Positions 12,335-26,022 of a DNA stretch of 64,000 nt are shown here, piece after piece; the first letter of the stretch is position 1; the number at the start of each line of letters is the position of its first letter. The notes below the pieces were generated by a model that saw only the letters and a list, made by a program, of their open reading frames with translations, ran no database searches and was not told the DNA's origin. This DNA comes from Octopus vulgaris. Its lineage: Eukaryota. Location of the stretch: positions 28,334,001-28,398,000 of the forward strand of contig OX597834.1 of the NCBI GenBank assembly GCA_951406725.2, written 5' to 3'. Made by a program: the position numbers and the translations under genes.

Positions 12335-13179
12335 TTATATATATATAAATGCTCATACAGGTGCCACGTTAAAAGCACCCGGCCCACACTGAAAAGTTGT
12401 TGGCATTAGGAAGGGCATCTAGCTATATAAACCATGCCAAATCAGACTGGAACCTGGTGCAGCTCTCTAGCTCTGGTTCAAACCATCCAACCCATCAGTG
12501 TTTTTATTTTATAAACACATCTTGCAAGCAGAAATTGGTTAGAGGAAACCACAAAAGCAATTGTGTGTGTGTGTGTGTGTGGCTTAGCTGGCCGAAACTT
12601 CATAGTTACTGCTGTCAAAAACTATCCTTGTTAAAGAATAATAAATCTGTACTCTACCAAATGTATTGAGTAATCCTTTAATTTAATGTAAAATTGTTTT
12701 TATTATAGCATAAAAACACACATTAATATACATTACACACACATATACAAACATATACACACACACACATACATACACATATTTATGTACATGACTGTGT
12801 CTGTAAGTATGTTGTTGTTATGTCATTCATGCTCCTTTATGTTGAGTTTTACAGCGGTTCAACAAACAGACACCGATAAAATAATCCCTGACGACAGAAA
12901 AATGTCGGGAGATACATGTGACCGAAAGAGCAATGCCCTAATCCAGTGACTGAAACCAGCAAAATAACGAGTGCACATGCATGCATCTACCTGTATGTGC
13001 ATACAATCTTACACACGCATGTGGTGAAAGAGATTTAATCGATAATATATCGATCTGCTGGTTAAAGCAATTTTCATCGACATCAGAGAAGTATTATGTA
13101 AACCATAATAATAACAATAACCATCATAATGATTATGATTTCAAATTTTGGTACAAGGCCTGCAATTTCGGAGAGGGGG

Positions 13180-13770
13180 ATAAATCGATTACATCAACCC
13201 CCAGTACTCAACTGGTATTTATTTTATCGACCTCAAGAGGATGAAAGGAAAAGCTGACCTCAGCACATGACAATGGACGAAAAGCTGCTAAGAACTTTGC
13301 CCAGCATACTGACAATTCTGCCAGCTCACCACCCTAATAATAATAAGAAGAAGAATCCTTTCTACTATAGGCACAAGGCTTGGATTTTGTGGGGAGAAGG
13401 GGGGACAGTCGATCACATCGACCCCAGTACTCAACTGTTACTTAATTTATCGACCCCCCACCTCGCCCACGAAAGGATGAAATCTAAAATCGACCTCGGC
13501 GGAATTTGAACTCAGAATGTAGCGACAGACGAAATACCTATTTCTTTATTACCCACAAGGGGCTAAACACAGAGGGGACAAACAAGGACAGACATAGGTA
13601 TTAAGTCGATTACATCGCCCCCAGTGCATAACTGGTACTTAATTTATCGACCCCGAAAGGATGAAAGGCAAAGTCGACCTCGGCGGAATTTGAACTCACA
13701 ACGTAACGCAGACCAAATACCGCTAAGCATTTCGGCCGACGTGCTAACGTTTCTGCCAGCTCACTGCTTC
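13180..13770 (-). mobile_element. Stack of SINE family B copies and partials
   Basis: Repeated CGACCCC..AAAGGATGAAAGGCAAAGTCGACCTCGGCGGAATTTGAACTC. Confidence 0.8.
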
Positions 13771-14919
13771 AATAATAATAATAATAATAATAAATTTTTT
13801 TTATTAACCGCAAGACATTTGTAGACACTTTCCAACAACTGTATTGCTTTCATTAATAATTATTTACTCTATAACGATGTAAACGGTGATTTCATTTACA
13901 GCAAACCTAAAAGTGAATGGGGTTGCAGTCGATTAAATCGACCACAGCAGATTACTGGTACATATTTTATCGATTCCGAGGAGATGAATGTAGACTAAGT
14001 CGAAATCTCCAGAAAATTTGGTCTGGTAGATCAGATGTAAAGAGACAGACAATAACTAAAATATTGCTTCTAAAACGTCAGGTACAAGGTCCGAAATTAG
14101 CTGGGAGTGTGTGGAGGGTGGGCAGGTAGTCGATATCATAGGTCCCGGTTACTGACAGGTGCTTTATTAATTTATCGACCGACCCACGACGGGATGAAAA
14201 GTGAAGTTGATCTCGAAAGGATTTGAACAGAGAATGTAAAGAGACGAAGCTAAATATTGTTTCTAATATAAACAAACGACAAGGCCCTGAAATTTGGCAG
14301 AAGATGAGGAGGGTTACTTAATGGCATTTGAACCCCGAACGGAACAAATTACAGGAGATAGACATCGGGGGAATTTGAACTCGGAACGTAAACAACCAGA
14401 ACGAATGCAAGACAGTTTGTTCGACGCACTAACGATCCAGCCAATCGAATAATAAATAATCATAATAAATAATTATTATTATGATTTCTTCCCACGGACG
14501 GACAGGTAAAACAGAGACAGACAAATAGCCAGATGGACGGACGGACAGACAGATCTATATAAATAGGTATTCCCGAATGTAAACACGCGTGATATGTTCA
14601 ACACATCTAAAAACGTAAACATATGCGCGCGTGCACGCACACATGTATATAGATTTTGCACGATCAGAGTTGATTAAGAGCCTAAACTGCAATAAATACA
14701 CATCAGAAAATCTACACGACTTTTGTAAATGCCTATGGTACGTGGATAAGGCGTTCGCTTCGTTACCACACAGTCGTGCGTTCAGTTCCACTGCAAGGCA
14801 CCTTGGGCAAGTGTCTTCTACTGTAAGTATAGTCCCAGGATTTTATGAGTGAATTTAATGGATGGAAACTTTGAGGAATCTCGTGTATATACATACATTA
14901 CACATATACATATCTATGA

Positions 14920-15051
14920 CAGGGTGTCCCCCAAAAATGTATACACATAGTGGTTTGGCAAAAGAGAACGATAGAATAAGTACTAGGCTTACAAAGAATA
15001 ACAAATTTACAATTATTTAAGGTGTGTATACATTTTTTTGGGGACACCCTG
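14920..15051. mobile_element. Tc1/mariner-type MITE nested in a SINE A copy
   Basis: ~28-bp TIRs CAGGGTGTCCCCCAAAAATGTATACACA / TGTGTATACATTTTTTTGGGGACACCCTG, followed by TA on the right side. Confidence 0.75.
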
Positions 15052-16158
15052 TATATATATATATATATAATGTGGTGGGGCTATGCGTGCACGTGTCTTT
15101 GTGTTTGACCCCCACACCGCTTACCAATCGGTGCTGGTTTGTCTACGTCCCTGTAACTCAACGGCTTTGATAAAAACAAAGTACCAAACAAAAATGAATA
15201 ACTACAGGGGTCGATCTGTTCGACAAAACCCTTTCAATGTGGTACCTCCAGTATGGCCGCAGACGATATTTAATAAAGAGTGTGTGTGTGTGTGTATCCA
15301 TCAACACACACACACACGTTCACCATCAGCCCACTCAACCCATGTCGAAATCCCACAAGTAATTGCATATTTTATGCACCTCCACGATTGTACAAGCTAA
15401 AACATACATAGCAGGGTAGGCACTAGCTACTGGGTATCCGTAACACAGTCTGCTTGTTATAATAAATACACACCTTCTCGTAAATATAGACATTTATCCA
15501 TCATACAGCAGCTACGCAATCCTAGTCGAATATAGGACAGCAAAAACTATCTCCCGAGTAGAAAGATACACAGTTCTTTTACACCTCATACTTTAAACAC
15601 ACACCTTCGTTTACACAGAGCCCTGTGAGAGGGGCAGCGAGAGCAGGAACTGGAATGCAGGGGAGTAAGTACGTAATACTCGGGGTCCCAGCTCCCAGAA
15701 AATGTTTGCTTACGTTAACTTGAATATCTGTATTTCACAGCAAGGGGAAAGGAACTTTGTACCTTGTGATAAAATTCTCATTAAAGGCCCTTGCGCATAT
15801 TACATACCCACAAAAATTTATAGAACACGTATTTCATTTGTAGACTTTTTATTAAAAAAAAAAAATACGCAAAACAAAAAGCGAGCTTCTAAGCTAGAAA
15901 CAGCAGCCAAATACCCTCAAACATACCCTCGTCGAAATACGGTGGTATATGTGATGGGTGCGAAACTTTGATGATGGGTCAGCATAATCAGAGTAGAAAA
16001 TGTATACAAGATGACTACCATATCATTTATACATACATACACACACACACATTCATCATTATACACCCTATTATATGCCAATAATTCGGGTAACCACACA
16101 TTCGTCTACGTACATATATGGTTTCGTAACCCAAATTACACAATGTAGGAGTATACGA

Positions 16159-16205
<47 letters not shown>

Positions 16206-16899
16206 CGTAGAAACGTGTATAACATTCACTTATACACACCACGTCTGTATACACATTTATAAACACACTACATTGCAAAATTATATATATATATATACTG
16301 TATATTACTCCATAGTCACCCACTAAAACGTATATACGGTTATTCCCCTTCTCTGTCTAATATACACACCCTCTTTGTTTGTATACAATCACAGAACACT
16401 CATAAACATAAAAAGGATTACCTCATACACACACATCACCATACGCCCCAGTTGTAAACACACACACACATATACACATATGCGCGCGCGTATATATATG
16501 ACAATATTCTGTCTCCCATTCAGGCATATATACACCTCTTACTACAGCCCATCCGTAAACACCTATATACATCATCTCTCATTCACTCATGCGTTTCAAA
16601 CATCAGCGCTACACACCACTAACTCTGCCTCTAAACACACCTATTTATCACAAGACAAATATATATATACGCGTCTACGTCACAACACAGCACCTATATT
16701 GCTTATATACATACCCCTCTAGCAAATACACATGACGCATAACCACAATAAAATTAGACGTATATATAATCTACACACATCTATACACTTACACCTCTAT
16801 ACAAGACACTTGTAAACACACACTCACACATATATACACACACCTCTCTTGTATACATCTCCCATTTGTAAACCAGTTGCTTAGTCACGCATTAACCGA

Positions 16900-17680
16900 T
16901 GAGGGGGAACCTATATGGCCATTCAGCCTGCTAGAAATATAAACCAAATCTCTCTTAAATCATATACTTCTTTGAATAGATAAACACATTGGATAATGTA
17001 CACCGCCTCTATATAGATACGTTGAAAAATAAAAATAACGGTCATGGATGGGACATCGTTGAACACAGGTGTATCTATACGATACTTGGTCAAGATGGCC
17101 TAGGGTTAAACAGCAGCATAAATGTATGAACCAGTGCCTTGGTTAGCTCGACCTCTTAGACAGAGCAGGTAAATCTCACTCGAAACCACACCCAACAGTT
17201 TCAATAAGGAAACCATATATTGGTTATTGTGGACCAGCATATCCAGAAAAGGCTGGGTGGTCACGGATGAGATACTTTTGATCATAGGTCTTGCTCGATC
17301 GGAGCTAACTTAGGGCTAAGCAATACCATATGACAGCACGATACACACGCAAACAGAGGGTATATATATGTTGTATTATAGTTTCACCTGAGGAAATGGT
17401 GATAGTAACTTCGAAGTCTCAGCCTACATCAGATGAAAGATCAACATTTAATAAGCGTAAACATACAGGGAGGAGTTTTACCTAGTCTGCTAGAAACAGA
17501 AGTCAAACCTGCTCCTTTAAATCACATCATTCTGCTTTGAATAAGCTAAGCTGAGTAAACTCAGGATGGTGTAGTCGTACACGTATAATAATAACCCTTA
17601 CAGACATGGGATAATCTCAAGCAGAATGCGTTTGATGTTAGACAGGCCTACCGAATCAGGTCTCACCTGGGGCTAAACAA
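16900..17680 (+). repeat. Three diverged copies of an old interspersed repeat (CTGCTAGAAA..CCAAATCT..AAATCA..GGGCTAAAC)
   Basis: Homologous blocks at ~16900, ~17135 and ~17495. Antisense relatives at ~22555-22745 and ~63270-63370. Confidence 0.55.
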
Positions 17681-17966
17681 AAATAGCAACACGTAAACAT
17701 ATATATATATATACACATATAAAATGTCTTTATGACACACACATACGTTCATTTACTCATATATTTATACACACACACGATACAATGTAACAAAATAGAA
17801 GATGAAAACACAACTGCTCGATGCAGCCTTTCAAATGTCGTCTGTTGAAGGCAAGGCGCGAAATTGTTATGATTTTTGGACGATAATTGAGGAAGGAGGT
17901 GGTGCATGTCCAAGTCTTGTGTGATGTTTTTGTGTGTAGCTTTGTCGTCCTGTGCAATTCATTAAC

Positions 17967-17997
<31 letters not shown>

Positions 17998-18003
17998 GGA
18001 GAT

Positions 18004-18045
<42 letters not shown>

Positions 18046-18785
18046 CAATGACAGCACTTGCTTAATGAGCTTGAAAACAAAAAACACAAAAGCATGTCAC
18101 AGAGATAATCTCTAAAGTTAAGCTCAACACACACAAACACACACACACACATGTAGATAGTGTAACCTTAGAGGAATGTGTTTTTACTTCAACTCTTTCT
18201 AAACCATCGCCTCCACCAGATATAATGGAATGTGTATGTACACAGACGTATACACACATCACATTCTACATACATACAAACAAAACAGAAGATTCCATTA
18301 GACACAAAGTACCAGGTTACACGCACGCACGCACGCACAGACAACCATATAAACACGTATACAACAAGATTTCATATATATATGTATCATATAACCTATA
18401 AAGTTCTAGACTACACTGTACACACAAATTAGATAGATAGATAGATGATAGATAAAGAGATAAAGAGATAGATAGATAGATAGATAGAGAGCTAGATAGA
18501 TACCCACATAAACACATACATTGAGGGAAAGATAGTAGGGAAGAAAAGAGATACCCAAAGCACAATTAAAGTGAGAGACAAATATCAACAGTGATGTGTG
18601 TCTGCAGGTTGTGGTGATGGTGGTGGTGGTGGTATAGTAATTCACAAATTAGAGAGGAGAGAAGGGACGAAAAAATAGAGAGAGAAGGAGAAAAAAGAAG
18701 ACAGGAAGGAAATAAGCAAGATATAGAGAAACGAGAAGTAGTAGTAAGGAATGAGAATGTTAGAGAGAGAGAGAGAGTGACCCAC

Positions 18786-18819
18786 CCTCCGGAGTTGCTA
18801 GGTGCCCGTCGGTCGCCAT
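18786..18819 (-). CDS. Candidate first coding exon MATDGHLATPE(G), phase-1 donor
   Basis: AAACATGGCG start context in a CpG-rich unique island, followed by GAGG|GTGGGT. Confidence 0.45.
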
Positions 18820-19688
18820 GTTTGGGGGGAAAAAATTGACAACATCTAAGCACGCTATGTCCTCCTCCTCTACACTTGTGCTTTGATATATATATATATA
18901 TATTTATATTTATTTATATATAAATATATATATGTATGTATGTATATACAGATCACACACACACAAATGCATACACGTTTTAATTTACAAACGAACATTT
19001 TAAAAAGGTACTCAATATATTGTATTTTACCATTTTTAATTCAAATATTGGTAGGTTTTTTGTCAAGTAATTACACATGAAACACTGAGCTTTATATATA
19101 AATAAACACACACACACACATATAATAATAATATATATATATATATATATAGTAGTTGCTGACTTCGACAAGAGGCCGTGTCAATTATAAAAGTCTTGTG
19201 TGTCCTGCTTTCTCAACATCATAACTGTGTGTATTTTTAATCTCGTGAGGTTCCTTAATAAATACATAAATATACGTGCATGCGTACAAATGTGTGCGAA
19301 TATATATATACACATATAAATATACACACACATGCAGACATACCATATATGTACGGGGTGTAGTAAGAGATATAGAGAAACCATTTAAACACAAGTGGAT
19401 ATATTACACATGTGTATGTATGAAGATATGTATGTGTATATATATGTATATATATATATATATATATACATACATACATACAGAGTATCATGTATATAAA
19501 CATATAGATACTGTTAAATTGTATCTTACTATCAACACAAATCGTTGCAGATATTAGACATATACAAACAACAATATTGGACACATAATTTACGTTAGAG
19601 ATCGTTTCTACTATACACCCATGGATGGATGTCTGCGTATATAAACAGGATGGGTGTGTATATAGATTACGTGCGAGTACGTTATATT

Positions 19689-19748
<60 letters not shown>

Positions 19749-19986
19749 ATGTTATGACTCCCCTCTTCCTTAAAAGCGCTGTCATTTTCCCGCCCCCTCT
19801 CTGTCTGTCTGTCTATCCCTCTTTCTTTCTCATGCCCGAGTAATATAGGATCTCTCTCTCTATATATATGTGTGTGTGTGTATACAATTAACTACATACA
19901 CGCAGATATATATAAACATAAATACCAACTACACATACCACTCCCCCTCAAAAACGAGTTACCAGTAGTATTTATGCAGATCGTAA

Positions 19987-20033
<47 letters not shown>

Positions 20034-20576
20034 CATACACATTACTTCTATACACTTCCCATAAATGTGTAGGGAGTACTGTGCTTGCAAATCTTAAAGC
20101 GATAAAACGGGTCTATAGTCGAGGTATATATAGGTATGTGTGTGTGGTGTGTATACAGATGTACCCACTAGTTATATACATTCCCCCAAAAACATGTTAG
20201 GAGCAGTGTTTTTTTGCAAATCTGAAGTATTTATAACAGGTCTGTCTGTGTGTATGTATGTGTATATATATATATATATATATAAATTCCTCTGTGGTTT
20301 AACTCCGGATACCACACATATGTGTGTTTTACATACATACATATCAAATATATATATACATATATGTATATATATATATGTATATATATATATATGAATA
20401 TGTATGTGTGTGTGTTTCATACTACGGTTGTAGTAGAAATATATATTCGATGCTTGTGTTTTGTGTGTATATATAAACGTAGTGACATATACACACACAT
20501 ATATATGTATGTATGTATATATCTTCTTATAGATAGATGTATAAATATCCTCCGGAATGTCCAGTGCACCACTTAC

Positions 20577-20733
20577 CTTTTTCCGATGAAGGAAGTGTGT
20601 TGTTATATTGTTGTTGTTGTAGTAGCTGTTGTTGTTGATATTGCTGCTGTTGTTGTTGTATGTGTAGTTGTTGTTGTTGTTGGTCTCCATCTCTGGGATT
20701 GCTCACTTGTGTGATAATGGACGTATTGTCCAT
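20577..20733 (-). CDS. Candidate first coding exon, polyQ-rich MDNTSIITQVSNPRDGDQQQQQLHIQQ...NNTLPSSEK, phase-1 donor
   Basis: 52 codons plus 1 nt, ending in a perfect AAAG|GTAAGT donor. The CAA/CAG tract is interrupted in frame. Confidence 0.6.
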
Positions 20734-21319
20734 TAGTGGTGGAGAGGAAAAAAAAAACCCTGTCCTCCACACAGCAAAAGCTTCGTCGCCCTTCTTCTCT
20801 TTTCTCCTATACTTTAAACTGTTGTGTATATATGTATATGTGTGTATATATAAATATATACATGTGTGTGTGTGTATGTGTCACTAAATAATATCGGTTG
20901 TGTATTAGAAAAACCTCTATGCTACTACTACTACTACTACTACTGCTATTACTACTATTACTACTACTACTACTATCGTCTCTATATCGCTATTAGCACC
21001 GCACCCACCACCGCAGCCGCCATCGTCACTACTACTACGACGATCGTCGTGGTCGTCGTTGTGGTGGTAGCAGTCGCCCCCGTCGCCGCCTTTGCCGATT
21101 CTATTACTGCAAGTACTATCACTGCTGCTACTACTGCTGCTGCTGCTGCTGTTGTTACTATTACTACTACTACTACTACTATGGTGGCGGCAGTGTACTT
21201 GTTTTGTTTTTTTTATTTAGTGTTGTATGCTGAAGGTGTAAAACTAGTTTAGTCAAGATGATGATGATGGTGATGTTAATGTTAGTGATAGTGATGGTGG
21301 TTGTGGTTGTGGTAGAAGA

Positions 21320-22500
21320 GGAGAAAAAAAGAGAGAGAAGCAGGTGAGACAGAGAAAAAGCAACAGAAGCAAAGAAAGAGAGTGAAAGAATGAAGAGGGA
21401 GAGAAAGAGAGAATAGAAAGAGGTTGGGAGAAGAAAGATAGAGTAATAATACTATATAATAAGAGAAAGAGTAAGAGTAAATGATAAGATTAGAGAGAGA
21501 GGAGAGAGATACTTGATAGAGAGGGAGAAATGAGAGAACACAACATATATAGAGAGAGAAGTAAAAGAAGAAGAAAACGTTAAGGAATGAGGGAAAGAAA
21601 GAAATGGTAATAAAATAGAGAGAGCGGGAAGGAAGAGTAATAGTGAGAGAGAAAGAGGGACAGTGTTAAAGGCAAAGAGAAATGGAAGGAGGAATAGAGA
21701 AATAAAGTCAAAGGGAAAGGATAGAGTAATAGAGGCAAAGAGAAAGAGTGAAAGGATACAGTAGTAAAGTCAGAGAGAGAGAGAACAAGAAATTGTAACG
21801 AAATGGATAGATAAGAGAAAGAATATAAAGAGAATGGGAGGAATCACGGGGACAGCACAAGAGGGATGGAGTGAGGCGAATGACAGAAAGGGAGAGAGAG
21901 AGGGAGTGAGATAATGAGCAACACAAGTGGGGAAGGAAAGAAGGAAGGGAGGAAAAGCTAAAAGGCAAGAAAGGGAGAAAGAAGAAGGAAAAGTGTAAAA
22001 GTGAGATAAAGAAAGAGCGCGGAATAGAGGAAGAAAATTAAAGAGATAGAGAGGAAAAGGCTAAGAGAAAGAGAAAGGGAGAGAAAAACATGTTGAAGAA
22101 GAGGAGTAGAGTGATCAAGGGAGATAAACGGAATATAAAGGTTTATTGAGAGAGGGGGATTTATAGCAGAGCACCTGATACTACTACTTACTAGAATAAA
22201 AAGGGAGGAAAGCTTTACAGAAGAGCTAGAGAGAAACTTAGACTTGAAGACAATGAGGAATAGTATGAGAGAGGGGGAGATATGGGGATAAATACAGAGT
22301 GAGAGAGAGAGACGGGGGAGTAGTTTTAGTAGAAAGAAAGAGACTTGAAGACAGAGAAAGAGAGGGAGAGAGACAGAGAGAGATTGAGTGGTGTACTACA
22401 TTAAGAGAAGGAAGGGGAGTAATAGAAAGACAAGAATACAGAGGAAGGGGGAAAGATATGCAAGAGAAAGAGTAATAAGAGAGAGAGAGAGAGAGCAAAG
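21320..22500 (+). repeat. Long polypurine (GA-rich) low-complexity tract
   Basis: ~1.2 kb strongly A/G-biased strand. Confidence 0.85.
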
Positions 22501-23079
22501 GGTTTGCGGCGCGTACGCTTCTTCGGGACCTTATTGCACATTCGGGAGTTAATAGTTGATGTTGATCGTCTCAATCCCTAGGTCAGCCCTGATTGAGCAG
22601 ACTTGCGATCAAAGGCGAACCATCCCGCCTTTTTTTCAGGGGTACGTAGGGACCGTATATAGATTACCTTTCTTTATTTAAGAAAGGTTCAGTGTAATTT
22701 GAAGGAAATTTCACACTTATTCTTTTCATTAGCAGGTCCAGTGAGTATATATATATATATTTCTTTACTGCCCACAAGGGGCTAAACACAGACGGGACAA
22801 ACAAGGACAGACAAACGGATTAAGTCGATTATATCGACCCCAGTGTGTAACTGGTACTTAATTTATCGACCCCGAAAGGATGAAAGGCAAAGTCGACCTG
22901 AGTATATATATAGAAGGAAGACCCCTCACTGGCTCATACATAGTATGTGTAAATGGATGAGCGAGGGATTCTTACCTATTGGTGTGTGTATATCTATGTA
23001 TGTATATGTATGTGAGTGTGTATATTATGACATATCAACACAAATTCTCAGCTCTTGTTTGCTGTCTTATTTAAATACA

Positions 23080-23288
23080 CTCTTTCTTTCTTCTCTCTCT
23101 CTCTCTCTCTCTCTTCCACCCAGCTCTCATTCCATCTTTCTCTTTCTTTCTCTCTCTCTCTCTCTCTCTTCCATCTTTCTCTTTCTGTCTCTCTCTCTTC
23201 CACCCAGCTCTCATTCCATCTTTCTCTTTCTTTTCTCTCTCTCTCTCTCTCTCTCTTCCACCCAGCTCTCTCATTCCATCTTTCTCTT

Positions 23289-23323
<35 letters not shown>

Positions 23324-23398
23324 CCCAGCTCTCATTCCATCTTTCTCTTTCTTTCTCTCTCTCTCTCTTCCACCCAGCTCTCATTCCGTCTTTCTCTT

Positions 23399-23443
<45 letters not shown>

Positions 23444-23468
23444 CCCAGCTCTCTCATTCCATCTTTCT

Positions 23469-23505
<37 letters not shown>

Positions 23506-23545
23506 CCCTGCTCTCACCCCATCTTTCTCTTTCTCTCTGTCTCTC
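23080..23545 (+). repeat. Compound minisatellite: (CT)n plus TTCCACCCAGCTCTCATTCCATCTTTCTC units
   Basis: Unit recurs ~7-8 times with variable CT length. Confidence 0.9.
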
Positions 23546-24246
23546 CTTCATTAAACTAAAAGACATCTTCCAGTAAGAGATAAAAAAAATAAGGAAGGTT
23601 TTAACAAGAGAATAATATAAAGAGAAAACGAGAGAGAATAAATAGATGATAACTAAACAAATAGATAAATAAAAAAATTTTTTTAAAAAACCCCAAAAGC
23701 AAAGACAGAAAGAAAGTAGCTAAGCTTTATAATAATAATAATAACTAACTCCATCTTTCACGTGAATACTTTGATGTAGTGGAACGATATTCTTCAGTTG
23801 ATTTCGGTTTTTCACTTTACATTGTATTACTACAAGGTGCGCGCGTGTGTGTGTGTGTGTGTGTATGAAAGACATGGCAGGTCGGGTGTGGATAGAGCGA
23901 GAGAGAGAGAGAGAGAGAAAGAAAATCATAGGAATTGTTCAAAACTGGTTTACAGAAAATGAAACATACGTATCGCGGTGCATGGGACTGATTGTAGATG
24001 TGTGTGTGTGTATGTGTGTATATGAATCATATATTTACATTTTTATTATGTTACACCCACACATACAAAAATATATTTATAGGTGTGAATATATATATAT
24101 ATATAATACACATCTTTTTATATATACGTATGTATGTGTGCATGTACATCTACCTATATACATATATATACAGCGGTGGTGCCCCAGCATGACCGCGGCC
24201 TTCGGGCTAAAACATTTTTAAGGATTTATATATATATATATATATA

Positions 24247-24294
<48 letters not shown>

Positions 24295-24348
24295 TATATA
24301 TATATATATATACATCATATACATATATATATATATACATCATATATA

Positions 24349-24567
24349 CATTGTTGTAGAGCTGAAAAAGAAGTAATTTCTACTCTTCTCCTCTGGAAGC
24401 CATCTACTCGCAACACCAGAGGGCGCACACTCTCCTACCCTGATGTAATCTCCAGGGATACAGGCATCCAGCAACAGGGCCTCCGTAATGCTATGATGGA
24501 CCGTGAAGTCTGGCGCAACATGGTAAATTCCATTGTCTCGACCACGGTCGAACAATGATGATGATGA
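24349..24567 (+). mobile_element. 5'-truncated RTE-clade LINE 3' end with (TGA)n tail and 17-bp TSD
   Basis: Encodes HCCRAEKEVISTLLLWKPSTRNTRGRTLSYPDVISRDTG...MMDREVWRNMV..*. TATATACATCATATATA flanks both sides. Confidence 0.85.
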
Positions 24568-24903
24568 TATATACATCATATATATATATTGTGTTTCTTT
24601 TTTTATGTCAAGTTATAAATAATCTATTTTAATATTAAACCGAAGGATTACTCAATTACACTTTGGTTAGTACATATTACATTTTACATGGAAAACGTTA
24701 ATAGTGACTTCGAAGTCTCTGCCTGTCTGCTGTCATCACACGTGTGTATGAGTTGATGTGTGTTTGTGTGTGTGTGTGTGTTCAACCGATATGCTTCCAA
24801 TTTTCCAAGCTATGTACATCCGTCCTGGCTTTTACCATATGTGTGTGTAACTGTTATATTACAAGAATGAATGTATATGATGAATACACACACACACACA
24901 CGC

Positions 24904-24947
<44 letters not shown>

Positions 24948-25020
24948 GGATGGATGGATGGATGGATGGATGGATGGATGGATGGATGGATGGATGGATG
25001 GATGGGTGGGTGGATGGATG

Positions 25021-25067
<47 letters not shown>

Positions 25068-25519
25068 GATGGATGGATGGACGGATGGGTGGGTGGATAG
25101 ATAGACAGACAGACAGATAGATAGATAGATAGTCTTATATACGCTAACACAAACAGAAAAAAAAAAAAGAACCTCCGTCGTTTTCCACGACGATTTTTCC
25201 AAATATTATAATCAACTGAAAGATTCTTAGGCCCTTAAACTTAATCATCAGGCAGAGTAAACGATATAGAGTGTGACAAAGGATTGCAGAGGCGGAGTAG
25301 CTTTTAATTAAAGGTTCTACAGGTTTTGTTCAATTGTGTTGTATAGTGTCAATAAATGGTTGAGAATTCCACGGACGCGTGAGCTCTTCATCAAAATCAG
25401 CAGTTCTCAACCGGGCTCCATATAACCGTTGTGAGATCCATTACAAGATTCTGTTGTTATAATTTATATGCAATAAATCGCTTCTGCTTCTAATTTCTTT
25501 TATACAATTCCTTATAATA

Positions 25520-26022
25520 TCTTTATATATAAAAGTAAGGTTGTGTCTCCTACGATTTAGATTCCTAACTACTCCCACATTTTGCGGTACAGTTTAACCA
25601 AAACCCGGTATCTTATAGTCGTGATTCATATCGAGCTCTTCTGGGTATTAGCGCGCGTCTACGATGAGTCTACGATTTTAAAAATAATTTAACATCATTT
25701 TTGATTCCATTTTAATGCATAATTTTTCGTGTGTCGATGGCGGCGGAGTTGGCGTCCATGGTCACACCTGCACCTGTTTGCTTCTCCCCCTTCTTCCCTC
25801 CCTCGTGAAGCTGTGGGGAAGGGAGTGTAAGGAAATCAACGTCGTAAAGCGTTGTCAAGGAGACCAGCGTTCTTTTAGAACAACGACTTCATGGCTTGAA
25901 GACACCAAAACAGAAATGGCTAAGAAAGCCCGAATTGGCATCTATAAGGGAAGTAACTCTCTAAAAATGCTTATATAGTTATTTCCCTTACAAACCCGAG
26001 CAACGCCGGGCGATACTGCTAG
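25520..26022 (+). mobile_element. Non-autonomous Helitron, unit 1
   Basis: A|TCTTTATATATAAAAG 5' end. A CCCGAGCAACGCCGGG hairpin lies 8 nt before the CTAG 3' end. Confidence 0.9.
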
